A DNA stretch of 64,000 nt from Octopus vulgaris. Lineage: Eukaryota. Below are positions 1-11,621 of this stretch, piece by piece. The notes under the pieces are model-generated. The model was not told the origin of the DNA. It was given only the letters and a program-made list of their open reading frames with translations, and made no database searches. Each line of letters opens with the position of its first letter. Position 1 is the stretch's first letter. Made by a program: the position numbers and the translations under genes. The stretch is taken from contig OX597816.1 in the NCBI GenBank assembly GCA_951406725.2, positions 175,274,001-175,338,000 on the forward strand, read 5' to 3'.

Positions 1-304
1 CTTTTTTTTTTGTTATTTTATTGGTTTGTTAGTTGCAATTTTTAGTTTCTAGAATGATTGGGGGGGGGCTAATGCGATTCTGCATTATCCCCGATTTTTG
101 TTTGTTAAATATCAAAATCTCGTATTTAAGTTAGGTTCAAAACACATTCGTGTGTGTGTGTGTGTGTGTGTGCATGCTTGTATCACACACAGTTGTTTAG
201 AAAAGGCGATCAGAAAGATTTTCTTGTAGCCATGAATATATTTGACATTAAATCAAGAAATAGTCTATACAGAGAATTAAAATATAATAATAGTCGGTAC
301 ATCA

Positions 305-338
<34 letters not shown>

Positions 339-382
339 CAAAATTAGAGAATGGAGAAACATACTTAAATCAGTAAAACATC

Positions 383-420
<38 letters not shown>

Positions 421-451
421 ATGTATATATATATATGTGTGTGTGTGTATG

Positions 452-482
<31 letters not shown>

Positions 483-583
483 ATGTATATATATGTGTGT
501 GTGTGTGTGTATGTATATATATATGTGTGTGTGTATGTATATATATATATGTGTGTGTGTGTGTGTATGTATATATATATATA

Positions 584-626
<43 letters not shown>

Positions 627-810
627 ATGTATATATATATGTGTGTGTGTATGTATATATATATGTGTGTGTGTATGTATATATATATGTGTGTGTGTAT
701 GTATATATATATATATGTGTGTGTGTATGTATATATATATGTGTGTGTATGTATATATATGTGTGTGTGTGTGTCTGTATATATATGTGTGTGTGTGTGT
801 GTGTTTGTGT
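383..810. repeat. Compound (TA)n/(TG)n microsatellite array (further arrays at 150-172, 308-335, 993-1113, 1250-1294)
   Basis: Directly visible; explains the CV/YI-repeat ORFs at 154-1249. Confidence 0.97.
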
Positions 811-2919
811 AGATGAGGGGTAAGGCGTGGGTCCTCGTGGAAAAAAAAAACTTCAGATTCTAGAATGATTAAATAAACCTCAACAGGTTATTTCAGCCAC
901 TAACTGAGAGCTAGAAAAGGGGAATGCAATTAAATCAATTTATCTTAACATTCGGTGAGACATTTTGTTTAATTGTGATTTCACACGCACCCATATATAT
1001 ACATATATATATATGTGTGTGTGTGTATATATATATATGTGTGTGTGTGTATATATTATATATATGTGTGTGTGTGTGTGTATATTATATATATATGTGT
1101 GTGTGTGTGTGTGCAGTTTTGAAGCTACAGTAACTTCTTGTCTATTTACGATGGTAGTTAAGGGTTTTCTGATGAAATATACTTTTTATATTTTTGCATA
1201 TATATATATACATACACGCACGTATGTGCACTTGTGCTCTATTTATTAACATATATATATATATATATATATATATAGTGTGTGTGTGTGTGTGCATACA
1301 TTTATAGATAGATAGCTGGTTCCATGACTTTCAATTTTATTGAATTAATATTCCCGTCACTGACTGGGAAAAAATATGGCAAAGTTTTCAAGTTCTAGAT
1401 TTATCCGTTATCTTATTACATTTCATATTATCCGAAATATGTACAGTTAATGTTATGATTATATTTAATGAATATCCAATATCGGAATCTTTTCCTTTTT
1501 ACGAATTAATAACGAATTATTTAATTATTCCGAACATCTCCGTTAGTTGGAACAATTATCCAAAGAACGCAAAATTTTGGAAAAACTGAAGGAATGTTCC
1601 ATGTTAAGATCAGAAGGTTAACGCAATGTCCTGGCCAACGGGAAAGTTCGGAACACTTGACTCTCTTCCCATCTTTATGCTTATTTTGGCTCAACCGATG
1701 AATGACATCGATCATTCAAGAGAAACTTTCTTGAATTTAAGAAGCAGTTATTTATTTATATGTTGACTCTTTTAGTCAGTGAATCCATTCAGGCCTGCAT
1801 TGATTTCTCTCTCTCTCTGCTTTTGTCTGTACCTTTATGTGTGAATGGGATGTATACGACGAAGTTAACCTATTATAATTACTGGTGTAATTAAGTAATT
1901 ACACATATATATATGTGTGTGTGTATACATACATCTATATGTATATGATATTACTATGTTAGTTATGAATGTAATAATATAAACCAACTTTGGTTGTAGA
2001 CAAATATTTATGAATCGAGGTTGTAACTCCCACGCATAACAGGAAACGGTAGAAATAGTGTTTTTCATCAACCAAGCTGCCAGTCGCTCTGAGATGGAAA
2101 ACCTTCCGTCCAGGTAGATTTTCCGATGCGTCGATCTAATAAACTTAATGAATAAATAAATAAGTAGAGAATTAAGAATGAGAAGAAAAAAACCCTCTCA
2201 CACTGGTCTTCTTTCGGTGGTACAAGCCTTCTGATTTATCTAAAAGTCAAAAGAAGACGTTACATCATAGAAGCTTTTTTTCTCTTTAGTAACTTCCTCC
2301 ATTGCGTCTTATTTCTTTTGCGTCTGAAGAAAATGTCCTGCTTTTAGTTCAGACTGTTACACTTTTAATTATACAAATTACTCATGGAATAGTGAGAAAA
2401 CGATAAATAATAATAGGTTTTGTGGAATCGGATTCAACACATTATCCTAACTTCCTTGCTTTTTCAAACGAGTTCTAAATTTTCTGTCGCTTTTTCTAAC
2501 TTTCGGCTCTAAATTATTCTGTTTGAAAGCTATTTCTAATCCATACAATTTTTTCCTACAGACGAATGCTTCGCCAAATTTGTATAGTTAAATAAACTGT
2601 ATGTATTCAGTAAAATATATGTAATGAGTTGTTTTACTATTTCCATTCATAGAACTGCTTGAATCTATTATTGGAGACAACTGTCTGTTCAGTCAGGTGT
2701 TGAAGAGAGTACTTAGTATTCACTCGAGAGCATCAGGAATTGAACTCGTGCCAACATATTTGTTTCATGCTAACATTACGTTTGTAATGCATTCAAAAAT
2801 CGAGTCAATAATGATTTCATTTGTAGCCTCTTGGCGCGACTGTTTAATTAAACCTAATTATTTGTAAGTTGTCATCACAGTCGTTGACTAGTTACCCCCT
2901 GAACACCGCTTGGTTTTTT

Positions 2920-3415
2920 GTCAATTTAACCCAATGCTGATGTTGTCGAGAAGGCCTTTAATCAAAATCTCTCTAGACGCAACCACCCAGGCTTTTTATC
3001 TATTAATCCACGTAAGTTAGTATTATGTGATTTTGAGGAAGAAGAATTGGTTGCTATTTGTACCAGTTTGAACGAGTACCTAAATGCTCCTTTCATTGGT
3101 CCAAATTACTTTAGTTAACAGTGCTTTTGTTGTGGTTTGGTCCCTCATCAGTTTTGATTAAGCAGAAACCTATAATCAAACCATTCCAGATGTAATCATG
3201 CTGCCTTTTTGTAGATCTGGGATTATACATTTCCGTTGTCCTTTTTAATCCGGTGAGGTGTTATGTGAGAGAGAATTGGCTGCCTTTTTGTACCAGGTTG
3301 AGCAACCGTGTAGATGCTCCCTCAATAACTTCTGGATAATTGTTGTTACTAGCTCAGATCAATCTTGATCAAACAGGTTGCTGGTCAACGACATGTCAGT
3401 TGTGACCATCTCGTA
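2920..3415 (+). repeat. Three tandem diverged copies of a ~190-bp dispersed repeat family (family F)
   Basis: Recurring motifs like tgtgatttgagggagatttggctgctatttctagcagg and gacctatgatcaaag-cattccag. Other copies near 10060, 20470, 23480, 34755, 38130-38680, 47170 (+) and 15550, 20800, 43550 (-). Confidence 0.75.
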
Positions 3416-4610
3416 CTCTCTTTTGGGGTTAATATTAAGTTATTAACACACGGCCACAGATAGTAAAAAGATTATTTTTTTTATTTTAGATAACTAATTT
3501 ATACAAAAATACCGAAAAAACTTTTTGCCAACTTCCATCTAACAAGAAATAAAAATTTCCCTTTGCTTTTTTTTTTCTTTGTTATTTTTTTTTAAACACT
3601 GGTGTTGCAGCTGCTTGAACCACGAGGCAGGCTCAAATAGCTTGACTCCTTTGAGGTGTTTCTCTTCCAAGACCTATTACAACAGGATGGTCTCTTGTAC
3701 TTCCTGTGATTCGACCCTTTACAGTGGTATTCTCCGTTCTCACGAGGATGACACTGCAACTTTTGAGTCTTTTCGCCAACACGGAGTTCTTCCTACCATT
3801 GTACATTGCCCATCATGCCATTCAGCTTGCATCCTTCACAATGGAATAAACATGTACCGCTGCAAAAAGGCTGTTCGCCGACAGGCTGGAACTGGGTACG
3901 GATATTCCATTTCTCTATTTAAAAACACTTCTTGGGGGCGCAGTCATATACGGAAAGTTGGTCTCATAAGTCAATCATGGAGAATTTGAACATCACTTCC
4001 CACCTCTATTGATTGGTACTCCTTCTGTTCAGAGGTGTGTCCATTTTAAATGGAAAATCACCAAGAACAAGTTGGTGGCACTAGTGTGCCAGTTGAAACT
4101 GACGAAACTGTTCTTTGTAGAAAATACCAGCACAGAAGGCTTTTAAAGACTATTTGACTTTTCGGTGGCATCGAACGCGAAACAAAGAAGAAATTTTTTA
4201 TCCCTCTTTCCTCAAAGTGTGGCCAAGAGGAAAAGATTATGCTGCTACCATTATTCCTTAAATTACTCACCACATCCATCAAGGTTCCCCTATTTACAGT
4301 GATTCTTGGGGTGCATACAGTTCTCTCTGAAACCTGGGTTACAACCGCTTCCAGGTCGCAGTGAAAACTTCCAATTCCTTCAAGCTGTTAAACCTGCTGC
4401 CAAACCAATGCATGCATTTCTATTGGAGGCTGCAACTCTTTATCCGGGCCCGTGATGATCTTTTCCTCTGCCGAGTAACCGGTTTATTGTCGCAAATTTT
4501 GGTTTTCATATTCGTTTAATACACATTTTTTTACCCCTACTAGACTTGTTTTTTTGTTTTAATTTGGTGGCTGGGTGTTAATATTAAGTTTAACACCCAG
4601 CCACTGAGAG
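3416..4610 (+). mobile_element. Decayed IS1595/Merlin-like DDE DNA transposon
   Basis: Zn-ribbon-like N-terminus (CPSC...YRC), then SIDWYSFCSEVC..QVGGTSVPVETDETVLCRKYQHRRLLKTI*LFGGIERETKKKFFIPL and SDSWGAY, matching IS1595/ISXO2-like motifs but with stops and frameshifts. Inverted termini TATTAACACACGGCCAC (3441-3457) / GTGGCTGGGTGTTAATA (4567-4583). Confidence 0.85.
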
Positions 4611-5677
4611 TATCTTTTTGTTGGGTGAAATAGAACTGCATTATCTTTCTTTGTTAATTTTGTTTAAAATAGTTAGATTTTAGTGAGACTTAACTGTTAT
4701 TTCTAGCAGATGAACTACTGCTTAGAAATTAATGTATGGACAAGGATGAATTCTAGTTTAAGAATATGACATCAGAAGAACAAATCAATCAAACTGCGAC
4801 ATAAGTAACAATTAAGAAATGGGGCTAACGACCTAATAAAACTTGAATTTGGGAATATACAAGCATAACCTTCTTTATTGCCATTGTTTTGATGTGATTG
4901 TTTATTTTTAGAATGACAGTGCAGGGTAGGTGTGAGATGTTGGATCCGGCCAGTTTGAACATAAAGCAAGCAGAATATTTTGGCCAGATATGGTTGATTT
5001 AAATTCTAAATGGTTAAAATTATTGGTACAGGCATAGCCTATAAAGCTTGCTTTGTAATCAAGTGTTTTGGGTTCATTTCTCACTACATTCTGTTTTTAA
5101 ATCTATATTGTAATAAAGCTATTGATTAGTTATGAGTATATAACATTTAGTAAAAGAAAGCAATTATTAAAGCCTACACTGTCTTTAAAATTCTTATAAA
5201 TTCCAATTTTAATGTATTTATATTAAAATGTAGTTTTTCAAGTTTATTTTATGATTGAATCATGTCATTGGTATCTTCGATCATAAAACAAGTCAGTATC
5301 CATGTACTTCTGTGTTAGCAGTGTGCTATACATCACTCGTTTAGGTTATGTCTACAGATATTCTATAGAAATTATAGCCAGCACTGGTTTTTGTCAGGGG
5401 TGCTTTTGAAAAAAGAAACTGAAGAAGAAAAGTAGTCTTAATATGCTTACATCCATTGTTCCAAATATGGCCTCATTTCATTTTTTTGTCAACTATTTGA
5501 TTGTTGTGCACCATCACATTCAGACAAAGGTAGAAGATCTTCTGATATATGTGTATGCAGTAAACTGAGAACTTTTACATGGCTAAGTCAACATAATACC
5601 TGATTTCTTCATAAATTCTAATGTTGCCTTTGAGTGCTTGGTACTATTCAAGATTTATTTATTAAATGTGCGCTATT

Positions 5678-6868
5678 AGACAGGAGTGGCTGTGTGGCAA
5701 GTAGCTTGCTTACCAACTGCATGGTTCCGGGTTCAGTCCCACTGTGTGGCTTCTTGGGCAAGTGTCTTCTGCTATAGCCTCGAGCCGACCAAAGCCTTGT
5801 GAGTTGGTAAACAGAAACTGAAAGAAGCCCATCATATATATGTATATACTAGCTGACATACCCTGTAATTCCCAGGAAAGCAGGGCTTATCCCTTGGTTC
5901 CATTCTCATAATTGTTTCGCTAATCCAATACCAACAATACAAAGTGTGTAGCCCTTAAAACAGTTTTTGTGCATTTACAGAGAATACCGAACTGTCCTAC
6001 ACAGGATCTTGTGTTTAGGAATTCCCAATAAGCTATAAATACCCAAATTGTGAAGTTATGTAATAACATGAAATTAATTACCCGATAGTAAGAATTCAAT
6101 TAAAGTAGCCCCCAAAAGGGCTTTAATGCATTGCCAGAGTGTATAGAACATAGGAGGAAATACTTCTAAGATATGGATACTAAAATCATGGAGCATTTTA
6201 TGTAATAACAGGTTAATCAGATATGAGATAATAATAATTCAAAGTAAATAACTCAAAAAGGACTTTTGTGCATTCCCAGAGAATATTACCTTTGGGGGCA
6301 CTTGTGTTGGTATATTCGTGAGTAAGTCACTAACTGAAATAAGTGGATCTATTATTTAGGCAAATACTATTTACTTGTTTATGGGTTGTACTGGATAAAT
6401 TGTGAAAATAACTCTAACAGTTCAAATACTAAGAAATAAGCATACTCAATTTCATTTTTACCGAATAATTTAGGAAAATGAATGGGTTATTTTCCTTGGC
6501 TATATATAAGGATCCCTTCCAGGGGCCCTATTATCAATTTTTTTCAACAATCTGAGTATGCCATGAGGTTTCCAGACTTGAGTTCTACTCATGTGTCAAG
6601 TTACATCAAAATCGACAAAACAATGTAGGAGGAGTTAGCTAACAACTCCATAAAGACAGCCATAGACGGAATTTCCCCCATGTATGTAGATGTAGATGAT
6701 GCTAGTGTGTTTACGTTCCCGTAACTTAGCGGTTTGACAAAAGAGGCCGATAGAATAAGTACTAGGCTTACAAAGAATGAGTCCTGGGGTCGATTTATTC
6801 GACTAAAGTTGGTGCTCCAGCATAGCCGCAGTCAAATGACTGAAACAAATAAAAGACAAATAAAGAGT
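5678..6868 (+). mobile_element. tRNA-derived CORE-like SINE (family A) split by a Helitron-like insertion
   Basis: Head caggagtggctgtgtggcaagtag...ggttcagtccc and cttgggcaagtgtcttc at 5678-5847; 3' half resumes at ~6698-6868. Confidence 0.85.
5849..6696 (-). mobile_element. Non-autonomous Helitron/DINE-like element
   Basis: Minus strand starts A|TC and ends CTAG|T at 5849; no TSD; interrupts a SINE; internal ~150-bp degenerate subrepeats. Confidence 0.65.
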
Positions 6869-7094
6869 ACAGAAGAAAATTAGACAAAATATATCAGAGA
6901 AATTCTACAAATTGGGGTTCAAATATGTAAATATTTCACAACTTGCAAGAAAACTGTGGAGGGCTGTCTTTCTGTTATTAATTGAAATTCTGGTGGTGAT
7001 GAAGAAGTATTTCTTGATTAGAGTTAGTCATTTAGCTAATGAATTGTTTCTTCTCAGTATGAGTGCAGTTTTGATAAACCTTTTATTATGTCTT

Positions 7095-7295
7095 TATTGC
7101 CCACAGGGGGTTAAACATAGAGGGGACAAGCAATGACATCAACCCCAGTGCATAACTGGTACTTATTTAATCGACCCCGAAAGGATGAAAGGCAAAGTTG
7201 ACCCCAGTGAAATTTGAACTCAGAATGTAACGGCAGACGAAATACTGCTAAGCATTTCGCCCAGTGTGCTAATGTTTCTGCCAGCTCACCACTGT
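7095..7295 (-). mobile_element. tRNA-derived SINE with Deu/Nin-like domain (family B)
   Basis: Minus strand: gagctggcagaaacattagc...gagttcaaat...gcctttcatcctttcggggtcgattaaataagtaccag. Confidence 0.8.
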
Positions 7296-7305
7296 AAAAT
7301 AAGTA

Positions 7306-7370
7306 TTCCCATGCCAAGAATCGAACCTGGGCCACCTGGGTGAAAGCCAGGAATCCTAACCACTAGACCA
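7306..7370 (-). pseudogene. 5'-truncated tRNA-Glu(TTC) copy
   Basis: Minus strand TGGTCTAGTGGTTAGGATTCCTGGCTTTCACCCAGGTGGCCCAGGTTCGATTCTTGGCATGGGAA matches eukaryotic tRNA-Glu from position 8; the 5' acceptor strand is missing. Confidence 0.88.
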
Positions 7371-8469
7371 AAACTTTGTTGACTTACTACATTAAGTATA
7401 TTAGCACCTACTTCGCTGTTGGTTTGGCCTGGAGGATGGAGCATTACCGATAACCTTTGCAGTTTAGTGCCATTAACATTCTTCATGGACATGCCAACAG
7501 CTGCAGAAAAAAACATACAAGGAGAAAGTAATTGCAGAGGACTGACACTCTGGGAATGAGTGAGTGTAGGGGTTAGTGCAATGTCTGGTTTGGGAGCACA
7601 AAAGGGGAAGAGACGAATGAATCTGGAGTGCTTGGGGGTGGGGTAAAAAAGCTGCTTTTTGTGCTGTGGGCCCTGGGCCAGTCAGCAGTCTTGAGAATGG
7701 ATTTAATTGACAGAAACTGGAAAGAAGCCAGGTGTGTGTGCCTTTGTGTTTGTTTGCATCAGCACTCACTTATTTGAAAGTTACAATGTCCAGGTGGTGT
7801 TGTTATTGGCATGTCTTGTGTCATTAACCTGTCCACTCACTTTGTACCTTTGAAGCTATGTGAAAAACAGTTAAAGGTTAGAGTCAGGATGAGCATCAAG
7901 CTGTAAAACAATACCTCTATAGCATATTTGTCGAACCTTTGGTAAAGCAAATGAGCAAATGTGTGTGTGAGTGCTTATCTTCCATACTTATCACCACTCG
8001 AGTGAAGCAGTTCTGCTATTGACATTCCCTGTTGACATTATGACTGATGCCTCTGTCTTTGGAGATCTGTGTATGTTCATGTGTGCATATCAGGAGTGTT
8101 TGTTAAACAAACGAAAATGAAGAGAAAGAAAAATTGCATGAATACTCTGTGACATTGTAGCTATTTCAATTGAGTAAAATGTCAAGGAGCCAGAGTCATC
8201 AGTTTGAAATATTCAAAATTAAGTGTTTGCAATTAAATATAGACAAGTGGAAGAAAGAGTACTTAAAAGTTACATCATGGAGCAAGATGTCCAGTTTATT
8301 TAGCCAAAAAATAGGGTTGAGAATAAGATGCTTGCTAAGATCCTCTTCCATGAGGATAAGAGTTAGGAAATGCTGCAGATTCCAAAGAATTTGTATGAAT
8401 CAAAATATCAATGAAGAGAATTGCGTCTGGAATAGCAGTGTACTTAGCTTTCAATGTCTGAAAAGGTGT

Positions 8470-9070
8470 TGGTATTCTGTATATCTTAGCAGCAACATTT
8501 GACTGGCATGCAGTGATCGGACACTTCCCACTGACAATTTCCAATGGAATGAAATCACATAATATGGGAATTCCAGCACCCATGAGAGCCGATTCTTGTC
8601 TGCTACAATCTGTGTGCGCTTTTAAGCACCAAGCACCTCTATGAAAGGATCCCTGAATGTTGATAATGCAGTATTCGGTGTTCTAACAAAACATTTATGT
8701 TTAAGTTGGACTAAAAAGATTACCTTTTGTTATTAATACTGCTTCCATCGCTAGTAATCAATTTTTAATAAGCCTGCTGGCTATTTGCATCATCAGTGCC
8801 TGAAAAGATGCTGATATTCTTTGTATCATCGCAGCAAGATTTAACTGGATACTTCTCGCTGATGGTCTCCAGTAGAATGAAATCATGTGATACAGGAATT
8901 CCAGCAGCCATGACAAGAGTCGACCCTTGTGCTCTTTTATGCACCAAGCACCTATATGAGAGGATCTCTCAACGCTAATAATGCAGTATTTGGTCTTCTA
9001 ATAAGACATTCATGTTAAGTTGGATGTAAAAGTTATCTTTTGGTATTAATATTGCTTCCATCACTAATAA
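8470..9070. repeat. Diverged tandem duplication, ~300-340 bp unit
   Basis: gaatgaaatca...ggaattccagca..catga.agag..ga..cttgt and gcaccaagcacct.tatga.aggatc..taatgcagtatt.ggt.ttctaa each occur twice. Confidence 0.75.
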
Positions 9071-9329
9071 TGTGTGTGATAAAAATTTACAAACCTTGAG
9101 AAATGTAAAATGATTTGTTTTTAATGGTAGAATTCAAAGTAATTAAAGCTCTAAAAATATAGCACTTAAATAGTGTGTGTATGTGTGTCACTTATATAAA
9201 ATGGTGAGAAAACCATCAAATTTTCCTTTGTGAGTGGAGTCCTTTGAGGTATTTATTCACTATCAAGTTACACACTTGTCACTTTGCCACAGTGAACTAG
9301 TGATTGGTTTGTTTAAACCTGTAACCTAG

Positions 9330-9830
9330 AATGATATTCACCAATTGTGATATAAAATAAATATGCACTCCATCTGGTGTACATTGTATGAACTATGTAT
9401 GCCCAAGAAGTGTACTGGGTTCACAGGCTGGCTGACAATGAAGGCTTTGTATGTGACAAGAACAATTAAGGGTCAGAATGCTAATAAAAAGAACTTCTTT
9501 TTAGTGTTTGGAATGCTGTAAAGAAGTTGATGATAGTTCCTGTTAACAGTTTAATCAGCTTTGGAGGAGTGTGCAAAGAAGCTAGAATAAGGATCAGGTA
9601 GAACACATTCAGGGTTTTACCTCTGCTCGCAACTAAAGGGTTCTCTCTTCAAGTAAAAGGTAAATAGTGTGTTGCTTGTATATGGACTGAACTGCTGCAA
9701 GATATTGAGGTCTGAGCATTGAATGCAATGGCTGGAGAGGAATGGAACCAGCATGCTCAACTGGATATGTGTGATGCAAGAACAATGTAGAGATAAACTT
9801 TTGAAAGGGTTCACACTGTGTCATCCAGGA
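9330..9830 (+). mobile_element. Decayed RTE-clade LINE reverse transcriptase C-terminal fragment
   Basis: GGVCKEARIRIR*NTFRVLPLLATKGFSLQVKGK...WLERNGTSMLNWIC resembles the RTE RT C-terminus; several stops. Confidence 0.75.
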
Positions 9831-11136
9831 GCTACTGAGAAAACTAGTTGTCTGGGTTTTATGTTCAGGATCGGGATTGGTAGCAAGGTCAATAAAGAAT
9901 TTAATGTACAGATAAATTGAGGGTCACTAAGTTTCTAGCTTCAGGATCAAATATATTTGAAGTGTTGTGCATATCAGAGCTATAGAGCCAACTTCGAACT
10001 TGGCCAAATCGTCTGAAATTTCAATGATTTGAAGGCCAGTGTATGAGTGAACAGTTGCTATTGGTGTTGTTCAGCCCTGATTAAGCACACCTATGAACAA
10101 AGGTTTACCAATTATGATCTGCCTATCTCTTAAAGGCTACATAGAATTCAATTATCTAAAGTATCCTGTCCTGTTAAAAGATGTGATTTGAAGGAGATTT
10201 GGCTGCTATTTCTTGCAGGTGGAGCAATCATATAATGGCCTCCTTATTGGGTCATGACAAAGAGCAATGTTGTCATTGGTAACAGCACAAAATCCAGTGT
10301 CATTTGAAGTGTGGCCTTGGTTGATACATAAGAATATATTGTATTCACTGCAAGCAAGGGTTCTACAAAATTTGTCATGGAATCCTGAATGGAGCAACCC
10401 AAACCTTAGGTATTATGGATGCACAGAAGTATTTCATAGTAGAAGTACCTTTGAAACATCAAGTCTGTGAACTGATCAAAATGCTGGGGGTTGATATAAT
10501 GAAAATATGGTAACTGAAATGTGAAAAATGGAAGGGAAGATTCAGGGAACTATTGGCAACAAAATGTTTCTCGTTTCATGCTTGGGGTTCCGCTCCAGCA
10601 AAAAGTTTGAAAAGCACTGCTGTATGGCAATGAGATGGTATGAAAAGTGGAAGGTCAATCAAAGCTGAATAGAAACGGGTATTATTCAGCATGTTGTGTT
10701 ACCTTATAAAGTTTGGGTGTATGTGAGAGGCGTGAGCAATTGAGTATTGAGGGCATTGGCTGATCTAGACACACCTGCACAGGTGTGTCTAGATCATTTG
10801 TTCTCAATGTATGGAAAAAATACCTGTAAGCCTCCATTATGTTTTCAGGAATAGTATACCTCAGACTATGTTATTCAGTGTATATTCCCCACCCCCTGGC
10901 AACGGCACAGTGGGATTTGTTTGAGATTTGATATACACACACACACACACACACACACAAGGGAGATAGAGATAGATTGAGAAACAGAAAAATATGCTGT
11001 TGCAAGAAGATATACTTCTTTAAATTTTTGGTTTCAATCTTCTGCTATAACAGGTAATATATATACACACAAGTATTCTATCCATAACTATTCAGTCAAT
11101 ATATAATTTAATATATACAATTTATATGGCTTTTAG

Positions 11137-11589
11137 GCACATTGCATGACTGTCTGGTTTAGAGGTTCCCCTCCAAACCACATAGTTTCAAATTCTGTCC
11201 CACTGCATGACATGTTCGACTAATGTCTTTTACTATAGCTCTGGGCCAACCAAACCCTTGTGGGTGGATTTGATAAATGGAAACTGAAAGAATCCCTTTG
11301 GATGTATATGTATTATTCTTTTATTTGTTTCAGTCATTTGACTGCATCCATGCTGGACTTATTCTTTGTAAGCCTAGTACTTATTCTATTGGTATCTTTT
11401 GCATCTCACAGGAACATAAACACACCAACATCGTCTGTCAAGCAATGGTGGGGGGACAAACACAGACACAAAGACACATGCACATAAATATATATATATA
11501 TGACTGGCTTCTTTCAGTTTCCATCTACCAATTCCACTCACAAGGCTTTGGTCGACCTGAGGCTAAAGTGGAAGACACTTGCCCAAGGT

Positions 11590-11590
<1 letters not shown>
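11137..11590. mobile_element. Two family A SINE fragments tail-to-tail (+ 11137-11310; - 11315-11590)
   Basis: gtgggtggatttgataaatggaaactgaaagaa on + and cttctttcagtttccatctaccaattccactcac in the opposite orientation. Confidence 0.75.

Positions 11591-11621
<31 letters not shown>

Noticed and set aside
154-1249. Long ORFs of CV/YI dipeptides
   Set aside because: Translations of (TG)n/(TA)n microsatellites.
1527-1653. Imperfect inverted repeat ttccgaac..ccgtt / aacggg..gttcggaa
   Set aside because: Probably a decayed MITE, but ends and TSD cannot be defined.
8335-8978. Duplicated minus-strand ORFs (MGAGIPILCDF / MAAGIPVSHDF), possibly a LINE ORF1 remnant
   Set aside because: No motif I can identify with confidence; reported only as a tandem duplication.
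10354-10619. Possible hAT MITE (caagggttctacaaa...tttgaaaagcactg)
   Set aside because: TIRs are degenerate and there is no clear 8-bp TSD.
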